NCBI RefSeq assembly: GCF_018350175.1 | Contig: NC_058383.1 | Coordinates: 5,520,001 to 5,584,000, forward strand | Direction: 5' to 3' | From: Felis catus | Lineage: Eukaryota | DNA length: 64,000 bases | Shown here: one piece after another, positions 22,641-35,636 of the stretch | Layout: the number at the start of each line of letters is the position of its first letter | How positions within the stretch are numbered: position 1 is the first letter of the stretch | Translations under genes and position numbers: made by a program | Notes under the pieces: generated by a model | What the model was told of the DNA's origin: nothing | Databases searched by the model: none | The model's input: the letters and a program-made list of their open reading frames with translations, nothing else

Positions 22641-25600
22641 TAATTTGAAAACGCCTGCTTGCTCAGAGCCCAGGGTCTTCAAAGATTCCCTTGGCTGGAT
22701 CTTATTAGCAGGACTAAAGCGAAGTTACCCATTGCCAAAACATCCCATGAACTCACTCGGTTCACTGATAATTGTAATTAATACAGAGAAAAGCAGCGAC
22801 CAGCCGGCCCTTCCCCATTCTTATGTAAAGGAGCCAGCACCTATTTATATAAGATGTGCTGTCGTCTGGAGACGTGGACCCTCTGACTTGTGGAAAGGTG
22901 CAGATTCCACTTAGATATTCCCAAATCGCATTCCCAAATCGTCTTGTCCCCAAACAAGCCAGCTGCTGGCTCCAGCTCCCTTCTGAACACAGACACATCC
23001 ACCCAGATTTGAATAAAGACGCGACGAATAGAATATCCTCTCCATGCGTCTGTACCTTGCTCAGAAACAATGCAGAGTGGCAAATCGAAAAGCTATCCAC
23101 CATCCCAACAGCAACAATCTTTCAAGTAAAATTTAAAGAAATACGTGGAATGTAGCCAAACATCCCCACCAAAAATAAAACACTCCACTTCCCTCAGCCG
23201 ATTCAATTATCTTGCTAAAAAAGGGCTTTTTTTAACACCTCCCAGCAGGCAGCAGATTCGGAGTTGGTGGGGATAACAGTGCATAATCAAGCACCCAGAG
23301 TCCAAGGTGTAAAATAAAACACGGACTGGCTTGGCCAGGAGCAGCGGCGCCCTAGCACCGTGAATATAAATGTTTAGAAATGGATATTACCGTTTTCGTG
23401 CCATCTGGAATATTTTCCACGATGTAAAGCATATTAAAAAAAAAAATCCTCATGATTCTCTAATTGTGGTGACAATGCGGGTGCTATGCTGGTGACTTAG
23501 TGTCTGTCCTTGACATGATATTGCTCTGAGTTGAGTCTGTGCCATCCACCAGCTTAAAAACACAAATAAACACACAAAGGTAAAACAAAACAAAACGAAC
23601 AAAAAAACAAAACCTTTTCCCTTTCCCAACAAGATAATTCAGGCTCATTATAGAATAGTGAGAAAATACCCTCTCCACGCCCCACCAAAAAAAAAAAAAA
23701 AAAAAAAAAGAAAGAAAAAGAAAAGAAACATCCACAGTCCTACCGTTTAGAGATAACCGCCTTAGTATTCCAATGTTTTGGTGATTTCCTTCTAGTTCTT
23801 ATGAATATGTATGAATACAAATTTGAATATGCATATGAATATGAGATCATGCTGCCTCCTTTTCCTTAACATGGCAACATGGCATTTTCCCTTGTCAACA
23901 TGGTCACTCCCAGGTCTGGTCACGTTTGTCTCGTCCCCTTTCCTGCCTTTTAAGGCCTTTTGGTCTCTGTCTTCTGGCTGGAGATCTCTCCTGCCCTATG
24001 CTTCCCTTTCTCATCCGGCCTTCCTGCGATGTAATTTTCCATAGTCAGCCCTCTCTATTGGAGTGTCTGTGCTCCGGGCCTGTCCAGCGCCATCAGGGCC
24101 TTCTGGCCGCCCAGCAGCCAGCCCCGCTGGACCCCCGGGTCCCTGGCCAGGCCTCTTGCCAGCCAGGACAGCCTCTACAGACACAGCCACTCGCCACTCT
24201 CTCACCGAGCCTCCATGTAAACAGCTCAGGAGGCCCCATGTCGTTTCCCTGCAATGCTTCTTTGAAGTATAAAGAAGTTTACCATGGGATTTCCCCATAG
24301 CAGTCATGAGCTTACATGGTTTATATTCCTCAGCCATTTCAAAAAGAAGAAAGTCCCAGATGGTTCGTTCTCAAAGGAATCGGGTGTGGCCGGGTAAGAC
24401 CCAAGAAATCTCAGCACAAGCAGAGGAGGACAGAGGATGGTTTTAGGGGTGGCCAGGGATGTCCCACACACCTGTGCCTCGTACCTCCCAGGGGCAAGCA
24501 AACCCCCATTCTCCAGCTAAAGAGCTAGTTGTGGTCTTTCACCTGCTCAAGACCGAGGACAGACCTGGTGTGGGTCCCCACCGCTTAGGCCCCCTTGGCT
24601 CTCCTTCCTTCCTTGGGGTCTCCACCAGCCCGCCTGAGCTGGGATGAACCTTACCTGTGCTCAGGCAGCGTTTCAGGCGGAGAGGTGAGCAGATGGGACA
24701 GGGCCAGTGTCCCCCAACAGGAAACAGGAACGAGGAGGGAGACTATGGCTGTAGGCCCAAGTCCCTGGCAGGGAGGTTAACTTCCCTGGGAGCCCTGCTG
24801 CTGATCAAATACTGTCCCACACGTTAGCATCCTCGGGGAGAACACATCTGTAAAGTGGGCACAGCGCCCGTCCCAGAGGGTTACTCTAGTGAATACTGAG
24901 AAACAAAAACCCCACACACCGGAAGAGCCTGCATATCACTCGGGACACAGCATCCTGAGCAGAGCCTGGAATTGGGTGTGGCTTGTCCCCGAAAATCCAA
25001 AAGAGGGACACACGCATGCCATCCTAAAAGAGCCGTGGTTCATGATTGCAACCGGCTCTACAAGGAGCAATGGAAAGGCTTGTTTCTAATAAAACCCTGC
25101 GATTAAAACAACAGCCGTACGTCCCTCTGCTATTAAATAATAAATCCATCGAGCATTAGAGAAAGAACCACGCGTTCCGGCGGATCTTGTTGGCAGGACC
25201 CACCCTGACCGGCTTCGAGCACAAACAGGTGAGGTGAAGGGAGGGGCAGGAAGTCACCTGGGCCTCCCCGACTTGGGCCCAGCACCTGGGGTGGAGGGTG
25301 AGGGGGAGTACAGCTTCCTGCTGGGCACCGAGCCCATGCAGGAGCCGCGGGAAGGATCAGACACCAACCACAAACGGCAGCCTAAGGGTTACCCAGGTGA
25401 CTTTGATCTCAGGTTCTGGGCGGCTGCTGGAGGAGTCACTCCCTGACTGGTCATCTCTGGGGTCACATGAAGTGTTTACTTGGAGGCAGACAGGAAAAAA
25501 AAAAAAGGGAAATTCCTCCTTCTGGCTGTCCCTTGCTGGGACACACCCCGGGGAACCTCAAATGGGATAGGGTGGCATTGCAAGAGGGGGAGACGTGGCC

Positions 25601-26149
25601 TCAGGAGCCTCCCCTAGGATTCCCTCTGACTCAAAGTTCCCAGGCCCTGCTTCCTGAACTCCCTTCGTGGCCCAGCGCCTATGTACAGTCAGAGGGTGGC
25701 GTTGCACGGGCTGATGGGTGCAGGCAAGCCCGCCTGGGTCCCCCTGCCAGCACTGCCTTGGTGAAACTCCCCACCACACGGGCTGGCCTGGGGGGAGCTG
25801 GCGCAGGAAGCCGCGGTTCGTAGGCTTGGGGCAAGGGCCCCATGACGGGCGGGGAAGCTGAGCCAGGCGGGGCTTTCCACGGCAGTCTTGGCTCTCCTTG
25901 TCCTAGAGCATCGCCTCCCCAAGAGCCCGAAGCTCACCTTGTTTATTCCCGTGCCTGGAAGACGACCGGACACATCACAGTCACCGCTTGGATTTGTGGA
26001 AATCCCCGTGGAGCGATCAGTGAGGAGCGGATGTGAACAGAACACGCGCCCTGCCCCGAAGAGGCCCCAGGGTGCACACACACCACCCATTACTACACTG
26101 GGCGGGGTGCTCTGCCTTAGTGAGGGGCTACTGGAGGCGACGGGAGGGG

Positions 26150-27720
26150 GCCGGGGAGGAATCAGGAGAGGATGGATGGAGGGGGTTGCAGAAAGCAGCA
26201 AGAAGGAAAGGCCTTCTGGATAAAGGGAACAGCAGGTGTAAAGGCTCCGAGGTGACAGGTTTGGTGTGAGGGAGGGGAGGCCTAGGGAGGTTGAGGGATG
26301 GCTCCTGGCCCAGGCCATCGGGAGGCCTGAAGGACAAAAGCCCGCGGGATGCCTTTAAGGAGAGGAGTGACCCTTAGACCTTTATCCAGGAAGATGGCAC
26401 TGTGCAAGGTGGACGGCGGTCGGGGACCGGGGGGAGGGAGAGTGGCAGTGACCCCAAGGGAAGCTGGGGAAGCCCCGCGTTACGTCTCTGGAGAGCAGCC
26501 CAGGGACCCAGCTGGGCAGTGGTGGTCAGACGGGGACAGAGTGCACATGGGAGAGACAGAAGGAGTCAACCATAGGCTCTGTGTCTGGCTGGGGGAGGGG
26601 AGGAAAGCTAATCCTGCGTCAGATTTTCTTGAAAAAGCCGCCAGCAGGAGTGAATGTTGCCACCTGGGCCCTGCCTCTGGCTGGCCCACCCGGCAGACTG
26701 AGAGGGGCCTCGGGGGACACGCTTGGGTTCTGGCACGCCACGGACCCACAGCCACTCAACAGTGGCTTATGGAGATCCCACCAGTTCCTCCTAGCGGCAG
26801 GGATACGGGGACTTCCGTTCTGGTGGAGGGTGACGGGCGATACACTGATGAACATATATACGTGAAAGAGAGAGTGAAAAGTGCTCCATGGAATAATGAC
26901 CTTGAGTAGGGGTCACACAGTGACAGGGTTGGGTGGCCAGGGAGGCACCTCTGAGGATATTTGGGAGCCAGAAAGCAGGGATGGGGGGTGCATTCCAGGC
27001 AGAAGCCACAGCCCAAAGCAGGGGGCGCTGAGGAGGGAGCCGCCCTGTGTTTCAGGAATGTCCAGAGCCTAAATCAGGTAAAAGACACACACACAGAAGG
27101 AGTGAACTGAGTGTCCCAAGAAAGCATGACTGTGTGTGTGTGCGTGTGTGTGTGTGTGTGTGCCCTGTGGTCAGAAATGGGGGAAGAAATGGGACGAATC
27201 AGGAAGAAATGGGAGGAATCAGGGCCTGACCCTGCCATTTTCCCACGGCATTCCCATACCCCTCATGGTCTACACCAGACTCTTCCCTTCCCTCATCAAA
27301 ATCTATCTCCCCATCCACCAGATAGTGACAACTTCCCCTCTGACACACCGGAGATCAAACATTAAAACCCATGCTCCTCCCTCCATCTGGAGCTCTATCT
27401 CCCTCTTCCCTTAATAAACTACCTTCTGTTCATCCTTGGGATTGCCGCCCAAGTATCACCTCCTCGCAGAAGCCCTCCTTGAGTCCCAGGACTGGATCGG
27501 GCTGCTTTGCATACCTAGTCTTCACCACCTCTCACTCTGACCACAGTGCGCTGACAATTAATCGTCTGATCAGCTACGTGATTTTTGTCCCCGACAGAGT
27601 ACGAGCGCCAAGGGCACAAGGACTGCGTTTGTCTGGTCCACGACGGTATCTCCAGGGCCCCAAACAGTGACTGATACTCAGTTGATGCTCCGTGGGTACC
27701 TGAGGGTCTGGCTCAGGAGC
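26150..27720. mobile_element. L2 fragments, with (TG)n at 27131-27162
   Basis: agggaacagcaggtgtaaaggctccgagg, cattccaggcagaag, tcacctcctcgcagaagccctcctt: L2-type motifs in both orientations. Confidence 0.5.
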
Positions 27721-28442
27721 AGCGCTCAAAGAGCTGGCTGCACCCATAAGGAGGAGAGGCCCAGGGCCTTTGCAGGAGCTGGAAGTGGCTTCAAGGATCT
27801 TCTGATCCTCGTGGAGCCTGCATGGGGCCGAGAAGTGACTGGAGGGCAGTGAACAGCCACAGAAGAGCTGGGTCTGGGCTCCGGACTTGGGCTCAGGACA
27901 TAAGCAGCCACCAAAGGGGGCCGTGCAATGCTAAGTCACCAGGCCCCACCTTGGGAAATGTGGGCCGGGGGGGATGACGTTGCTGGCACCACCCAGGACC
28001 CGGAAGGATGCCAGGGCCATGTCTGGCCCCTAGGCCGTCCTGCCAGCAAGATTCACATCGTGGGACTTTCTCATTTCTCCACATGGTAAGGCATTCGCTG
28101 CTGGGCAGCCTAACGTGTTCATCCCAGGAGGAGGTTCTGTCTTTTCCTTTGGACAAATTTATTTTATTAAGCAACTTCCTGCTTTCGGGGAGTATAGAAT
28201 ACCCACACCTGGTGTTCACAGAAGGCCTTCAATGTATGCTTTTGGCATTATTCATTTTGATTTTGAGACTTAGCGAGGACTCCGGAGCCAGGCTGCCTGG
28301 GTTTGGATCCTACCTCAGCCACATGACCTTGGCCGAAGTACCTGACCTCTGTGTATTTCAGGTTCCTCATTGGTAAAAGGGGAACAATAGTTTATGTCAG
28401 TCACAGAAAGCCACATATTGTATGATTCCATTTGAAAAAGTT

Positions 28443-28636
28443 GATTTATTTTGAGAGAGAGTGAGCACACACGGCAGAGGGGCAGAGAGAGACAGAAGAA
28501 GAGAGAAAATCCCAAGCAGGCTCCGTGCTGCCAGTGCAGAGCCTGATGTGGAGCTTGATCCCATGAGCCGTGCGATCACGACCCGAGCAGAAACCAAGAG
28601 TTGGACGCTTAACCGACAGAGCCACCCAGGCGCCCC
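28443..28636 (-). mobile_element. CanSINE inside an L1 3' fragment inside a MIR (~28275-28845)
   Basis: TSD atgattccatt on both sides; MIR halves flank the L1 piece. Confidence 0.85.
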
Positions 28637-29489
28637 TGGATGATTCCATTCAAAGGAAAGATCCAGATTAGGTCATCCATAGAGACAAAAAGGAGATTAG
28701 TGGTTACCAGGGGCTGGAGGAGGGGAGAAATGGGAAGTGACTGCTAATGGGTACAGAGTTCAGGGATGGTAAAATATTCTAAAATTTGATAAAGTTTAAA
28801 GAGTTATTGCTTATAAAGTGTTTAGAGCAGTGCCTGACACATAGAGAATGATTTTTTTTTTAAATTTAACTCACCGTTAAAGAAAACTCACTTCCAAACA
28901 AAGGCATAAATACTGATAAGCTTGGAAAAATGTTTGTAATAGGATTTTAAAGTGGTATCATGTTCCTGAATCTCCCTGTCAGTTGTGTGCTTTTTATAAA
29001 TGTCGTCACGATCTAGTGGATGGCATTGTTATCTCGTATTACAAATTTTGTATATGAAAAGGGTTAATTTGTTAGACTTAAACTATAGCATATATTTGAG
29101 CTCTTCCTCAGCATTTCTTATTTCGATCGATCGATTGATTGATCCATTCATTTTTACAATATTGGGTGCAGCTCCTAAAATGGGAGGTGGCTTGGGACGC
29201 TGAAAGGCAAACACAGGTGTGAGCTGTCTTTGACTCATCCAACTTTGGACAGAGGATCTAGAAGGCAATGCAAGGTGAGGACTTCACACAGTCAGGGATG
29301 AGGTATGCGGGCTGTGTTGAAGGCAGAGAACTAGGGAGAGCCCCACCTATAATCTGCATGGTCTCCTTATTTGCCTAAGGCTGGATGAAAGGAGGTCAAT
29401 CACATAAAGGATTCAAGCCAGCAAGGGGGTAATCATAAAGACTCTGTAGAGAGGACCCTATGGCAAGACCATTAGCATGCGTGACAAGT

Positions 29490-29720
29490 GGCCCTCCAGG
29501 AGGAAAACAGCCCTGATTAGTATCATTTGCCCATTTCCGTGGTGTAAATACTTACGCCATGGTTTATTTCAAGCTACAGACGTGATACCCTTGAAATTGG
29601 AGTTGGGAAGAAGGGTTCAACACTGCACTGCCATATAGTGTTTCCATTCTACAGCTACAACATATGGAACCAAGCTCAAAGCATAGACAACAGTAAAAAG
29701 TAGTAAAATCACGAGAATTG
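29490..29720 (+). mobile_element. MER63-like (hAT-Blackjack) fragment
   Basis: atttccgtggtgtaaatact...atttcaagctac...ggagttgggaaga. Confidence 0.7.
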
Positions 29721-29724
29721 ACTG

Positions 29725-32700
29725 TGGCCATTCCCCATTTCTTCCTGCCACTCCCTGGCCCTAGGCAATCACGAACCTAGTTTCTTTTTTTTTTTTTAAT
29801 TTTTTTTTTTAACGTTTTTATTTTTGAGACAGAGAGAGACAGAGCATGAACGGGGGAGGGGCAGAGAGAGAGGGAGACACAGAATCGGAAGCAGGCTCCA
29901 GGCTCTGAGCCATCAGCCCAGAGCCCGACTCGGGGCTCGAACCCACGGACCGCGAGACCGTGACCTGAGCTGAAGTCGGATGCTTAACCGACTGAGCCAC
30001 CCAGGCGCCCCCCTACTTTCTGTTTCTATGGATTTGCTTATTCTGGATATTTGATAAAAATGGGAATATACAATAGATGATCTTTTATGACTGGCTTCTT
30101 TCACTTAGCACTAGGTTTTCAAGGTTCATCCACGTCGTAGCTATATCAGTACCTCACTCCTTTATTGCTGAATAATATTCCATTACAAGGATATACCCTA
30201 TTCTGTTAATCCACCCGTCAGTTGATGGGCATTTGGGTTGTTTCCACCGTTCAGCTGTTGTGAATAGTGCTGCTGTGAACATTGATTAATGAGGATGTTT
30301 GTGGACACAATTATATTAGATCTCTATCCAGGAGTGTAATTACTGGATCATATGGTAACTCCATGTTTAACATTTTGAGGAACTGTCAGAGTATTTTCCA
30401 GAGCAGCTGCACCATTTTATATTCCCATCAGCGATGCAGGGCTTTCCAATTTCTATACATTCTCACCAACACTTAGGATTATCCGTCTTTTTGATTAGAG
30501 CCATCTAATGAATGAAGTGGTGTTAATTTGCATTTCCCTGATGCCAAATGATTTTGAGCATCTTCCCATTTGTTTATTGTACATCCTGTATATCTTGGGA
30601 GCAATGTCTATTCATATCCTTTGCCTGCTTTTTTTTTTTTTTTAATGTTTATTTATTTTTGAGAGAGAGAGACAGAGCGTGAGCAGGCGAGGGGCAGACA
30701 GAGAGGGAGACACAGAATGCGAAGCAGGTTCCAGGCTCTGAGCTGTCAGTACAGAGCCCAGCGCAGGGTTTGAACCCACAAGCAGCGGGATCATGACCTG
30801 AGCTGAAGTCGGTTGCTCAACCGACTGAGCCACCCAGGCACCCTGCCTTTACCCACTTCTAACTGGATTTATTTCTCTTCTTATCATTGAATTGTAAGGG
30901 TTCTTTATATATTCCAAAGACAAGTACTTTATCAGATACACGCTTCACAAATATTTTCTCCTATTCTATGAGTTGTCTTTTCACTTTCTCAGTGGCGTTC
31001 TTTGAAGCACAAAAGTTTTTAATTTTGATGAAGCCCAGCTTATCATTTTGGTGTTACTGTTCCTTGTGCTTTTGGTGTCCGTGGGTACAAACCCATCGCC
31101 AAGATCATGAAGATATATGCCTCTATTTTCTTCTGAGAGTTTTATAATTTTACCTCTTAGAAGCAGGTCTTCTATTTGCTTCGAGCTAATTTCTGTATAT
31201 GGCACGAGGAAGGGGCTCATACTTATGCTTTCCACGTGGAATGTTTCAGCACTGCCTGGTGAGAAACCAGTATTCCCCACTGAGTTGTATTGGCGCCCTT
31301 CCTGAGTAGCAATCGACTACAAATATTTAGGTTTACTTACGGACTCTCAGTTCTATTATTTGCTCTGTATGTCTGTTCTTATGCCAACATCACATTACTT
31401 TGATTACTCGACCTTTGTAATCAGGAAGGATGAGTCCTCCAACTTTGCTGTTTTTTTCAAGATTGTTTTAACTATTCTGGGTCCCTTGAATTTCAATATG
31501 AATATTAGGATAAGCTTTTCAATTCTGCAAAGAAGCCAGCTGGAATTGGATGGGGATTGCACTGAATCTGTAGGTCAACTGGGGAGTGTTGCCTTCTTAA
31601 CAAATATTTTTTTAAAGATTTTATTTTTTATTTTGAGAGAGAGAGAGGAAGAGAGCATGAGTGGAGGAGAGGGGCAGAGGGAGAGAAAGAATCCCAAGCA
31701 GGCTCCATACTCAGCATGGAGCCTGATGCAGGGCTCGATCCCACAACCCTGGGATCATGGCCTGAGCTGAAATCAAGAGTCGAACACCCAACAGGCTGTA
31801 CCACCCAGGTGTCCTGCCTTCTTAACAATATTAAATCTGGGGCACCTGGGTGGTACAGTCATTTAAGCGTGCAACTCTTTAATTGTTTTTAATGCTTTTT
31901 AACATTTTTATTCACTTTTTGAGAGACAGAGAGAGACAGAGCACAAGCGGAGGAGGGGCAGAGAGAGGGAGACAGAATCCAAAGCAGGCTCCAGGCTCTG
32001 AGCTGTCAGCACAGAGCCGGATGCGGGGCTCGAACTCACGAGCTGTGAGATCATGACCTGAGCTGAGGTCGGCCATTTAACCGGCTGAGCCTGCCCAGGC
32101 GTCCCTAAGTGTGTGACTTTTGATTTCGAATCAGGTCATGATCTCACGGTTGGTGGGTTTGAGCCCACATTGGGCTCCATGCTGAGTGTGGAGCCTGCTT
32201 GGGATTCTGTCTCCCTCTCTCTCTGCCCCTTCCCTGTTCACGCTCTGTCTCTCTCAAAATAAATAAATAAACATTAAAAAAAATTAAATTTTCTGATCCA
32301 TGAACATGGACTATCTTCTATTTAGTCAGGTCTTCTTTAACGTCTTTCAATCAACTTTTAATTACTTAGTTTCCTTTAGTTCCTTGAACATATTTGTGAC
32401 AGCTGATTTATTTCAAAATTAATTTTAATAGCTTTTTCTTGTTTTATATGTTTTGTCTGTCAAGTCCACCTTTTCAGCTTCCTCATGGGAAGTTTTTACT
32501 TATTGCTTTTTCATCTTGGGTATGGAGCATACTTTCCTGTCCCCTTCTGTGTCTTGCCATTGTTCCTTTCTCTCTTTCTTTCTTTTTAAGTGGACCTTTA
32601 AAATCACGTAATATGGCGACTCTGGAAACCCGTTTTTCCTAATACCTCCCTTCCCCAGAATTTGTTTTGTTGTCGCTGTTTGTTTTTGTTTCAACAACTG

Positions 32701-33630
32701 CTGCTGCCACCATCTGTTTGTTTCGTGACTTTCCTGGACTAATTCTGTCGTCTGTATTTTTTGTGTGTGGCCACTGAAGTCTCTGTTCAGCTAGCTTCAT
32801 GGTCAGCTAATGATTACCCGAAGGTTTCCTTAGATGCCTTGAACGAATATGTCTCCTCAATTATGCTAAGAGTCTCTGTGTGTGTATTAAGCCATGACTT
32901 CAATGCTCTCCCTCCAGCTTGAAATTCCACCCCAGCCTCCACTTCCTGCTTGCACAGAGCCTCAAGATCAGCCAGGGAGAGATTCAGGCCTTCTCATGTC
33001 TTTCCTGGGCGTGTGCACAGCCTTTGCATATGCACATAGCTTTCTAGATTTCCAGGAATATATCAGAGCTTTTAGAAGCCCCCAGTGATACCTCGTTCTC
33101 TAAATTTTCAAGTTTTTGATCAGCCAACAGGTATCATCGGCTCAGGAAGCTCGATGCTCAACAGTTACTATTGATTATTTTCAACAAACTGGGGAAAGGG
33201 GGGTTTGCACTAAGGGAGTCCTGAGTCATAGCAAATAAAGACCATTCTTGAGAATGGTGCCTTTCTAGGGAGCTGTCTGATGGGTCCAACATTGTCAGTT
33301 CTCCGGAGATGCAGTTTTTGGGGGACCTTCACACCTGTTCCCTCCTGCAGCTTTTAGGCTGCTCATTTTCACAGCTACTCTGGTCGTGAGGCCACTGGTT
33401 TTTAAGGCTCCCATGGAGGTTGGGGGGCGGGTAGAGAAGAATGGGAATACAGCAAGTGGAAATGCCACAAAGCTCAAAGTTTTTACTGAGATTCGGCTGT
33501 TTTTCTTTAATAACTACTCCTTGTGTCGTTGCAAGCCTTTGGCTGATTTCTAGAGTTCTGCAGAAGTCAATTTTGACCATTTTTGTCAGTGTTCTCATTG
33601 CTTTTCATTCTGGAATGCTTCTCCTCATCA
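29725..33630 (-). mobile_element. Old L1M fragments (3'UTR/ORF2 relic and 5'-type sequence) carrying several CanSINEs (29784-30011, 30629-30844, 31606-31814, all -)
   Basis: Typical antisense L1M text (tttctgtttctatggatttgcttattctgga..., gcagctgcaccattttatattccc..., tttgaagcacaaaagtttttaattttgatgaag); SINEs have TSDs. Confidence 0.8.
31839..32283. mobile_element. Nested CanSINEs: + host (31839-31879, 32106-32283) split by a - insert (31880-32105)
   Basis: TSD taagcgtgcaactctt/taagtgtgtgactttt; differences are mostly CpG decay. Confidence 0.88.
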
Positions 33631-33634
33631 CCTT

Positions 33635-33690
33635 TGTTTTATTTATTTATTTTGTGAGAGAGATAAGTGCGTGCATGCACCTGAGTGAGG

Positions 33691-33728
<38 letters not shown>

Positions 33729-33853
33729 CCCAAGCGGGCTCTGTGCTGTCAGCACGGAGCCCAATGCAGGGCTCGATCCCCTGAACCGTGAGATCATGAC
33801 CTGAGCCAAAATTGAGAGTCGGATGCTTAACCGACCGAGCCATCCAGGCGCCA
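33635..33853 (-). mobile_element. CanSINE
   Basis: Reverse SINE with (GA)n. Confidence 0.9.
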
Positions 33854-34449
33854 CTATAATTTAATTTGTAACGATGGCTGTGTCTCACAACTGGCATGCA
33901 AAATTCCTGAAGAGTTCACAATACCACTGGCAGAACCCTCATGGATGCACCCATGTGATCCAGCTCAGCCCTGCAAACACTTAGGGTATCTGCTGGATGC
34001 CAGACCCTCAGGGATGCATGCTCATTTAGTACTAAACTAACTCCGTATCTCTCAGCACCTACCCCTCAGTCACTGCTGGCAGGACAACAATGCCAGTAGG
34101 GTTGTCCAATTGATGTCTTGGCATGGAAGAAAAACTGGAAAAGGCTGAGCACAGGTGAGAACACCTATAGGAACACATCCCAAGATATTGCTTCTAAGCT
34201 TTAGGGATCTAATCCCAAATTGCGCCTAAGGCTATTTTCTGATTGCCAGGTGAAACGAAACAAAGCAAACCTGTTGGTGTTCAATTGTTTTATAAATTCT
34301 CGACCGAATCTTCAAGAGAAGCACTGGGCAAAGGTATGAGTGGTGAGGTGGGTGGTAAAGGTTTCCATTAGACACCCTCTGAGGAATGTGTACCTTAACT
34401 CCTGCTCTGTGAAGTGAGAAAAAGAGGTTTTTAAAAAATTTCGGGGCTT

Positions 34450-34661
34450 GGGGCGCCTGGGTGGCTCAGTCGGTTAAGCATCGGACTTCGGCTCAGGTCA
34501 CGATCGCGCAGTTCGTGAATTCGAGCCCCACGTCTGAGCTGTCAGCACAGAGCCGGGCGCCTGCTTTGGATTCTGTGTCTCCCTCTCTCTCTGCCCCTCC
34601 ACTGCTCGTGCTCTCGCTCGCTCTCTTTCAAAGAATAAATAAACATTAAAATTTTTTTTTT
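34450..34661 (+). mobile_element. CanSINE
   Basis: Head and tail; TSD-like atttcggggcttg/atttggggggcttg. Confidence 0.9.
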
Positions 34662-35624
34662 TAAGATTTGGGGGGCTTGCTCAAATAATAATGAAACCTG
34701 CTTTGGGATTGTGGTCTGACATGTTGCTGTTGGGGTGCACTTTAATTAAAGATTGACAACCACAAGGTTTATGAGGCAGGGCCTCGCTTGGGCCAGCCCT
34801 GCTGCAGATAAGCATGGTGACTCCCCTCCATACAGAGCATGAGCATTCCCTGGCTTCCTCAAACTCAAAGTCTGGAGCTTCCCGAGGGAAGTAGAAAGAC
34901 CACAGAGTGATTGCATCCCTTTCCCAGACAGAGATCTGTCTGCCTCCTCTTTCCCAAACAGAGATCAGCAGACAGGCAGGGACGCTTAACTCAGTATTTC
35001 ACATTCCAGCTCTGTGTTTACCTAGGTGTTTATTGGCTTGCTTTAATCATTGAACAAATATTCCCTGGGGCATCGCCTGTAGGTCCAATGCTGGGCTAGC
35101 ACCGCAAAAGCTGACATTTAGGATGGACATTTGAGGAGTTTGGAGAACTGGGCTCCCCTGCTGGCAGTCCACAGAGCTCCATCTGATAAGATTCAAATAA
35201 GTCCCTCTCATGCACAAACCGGTGCGAGTGCCAGAAAGGCCTGGCCTTTTCCCAACCTTCAGGTCTCTCACTACTATGTTACTTCTGCCTGGAAGGTGCT
35301 TTCTCTACCCTTTCTGCAGGACTATGGTCTCTCCTCCCCTGTTGGCTGGACCTTGTCTCTTGGTGGGAAGAGGCCGGCCCCTGGGAGTGCCCAGCACCAG
35401 GACAGGGCGCCGTTCCATAGGACACAACTACTCAGGGCCAGGCCCTGTGCCAGCCCCCGGGGGGGGGGGGACTCCCATTGACACAGGCGCAGTGCCTGTC
35501 CTCAGGGAGCTTACAGTCACAGGAACAATAAAATATGGCAGCTGGGATAGCAGTCTGTCCAGGGCCAGGGCGAGGCACTAGGAGATGCTAGTCATTTCTC
35601 CCGGGGCTGGGAGGGGTTTTCTTA

Positions 35625-35636
35625 GATGACGTCATC
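35625..35636. promoter_or_regulatory. Perfect CRE/ATF palindrome GATGACGTCATC
   Basis: Direct sequence, about 540 nt upstream of the core promoter motifs. Confidence 0.45.

Noticed and set aside
23795..23845. Repeated ATGAATAT/ATGCATAT POU-like motifs
   Set aside because: Appears to lie in a decayed AT-rich L1ME-like fragment; low complexity.
25689..26909. 209-aa and 186-aa ORFs
   Set aside because: GC-rich sequence with L2 relics; no recognisable domain or exon structure.
35151..35167. CTCF-like GCTCCCCTGCTGGCA
   Set aside because: Mismatch in the key GGC end of the core; too weak to call.
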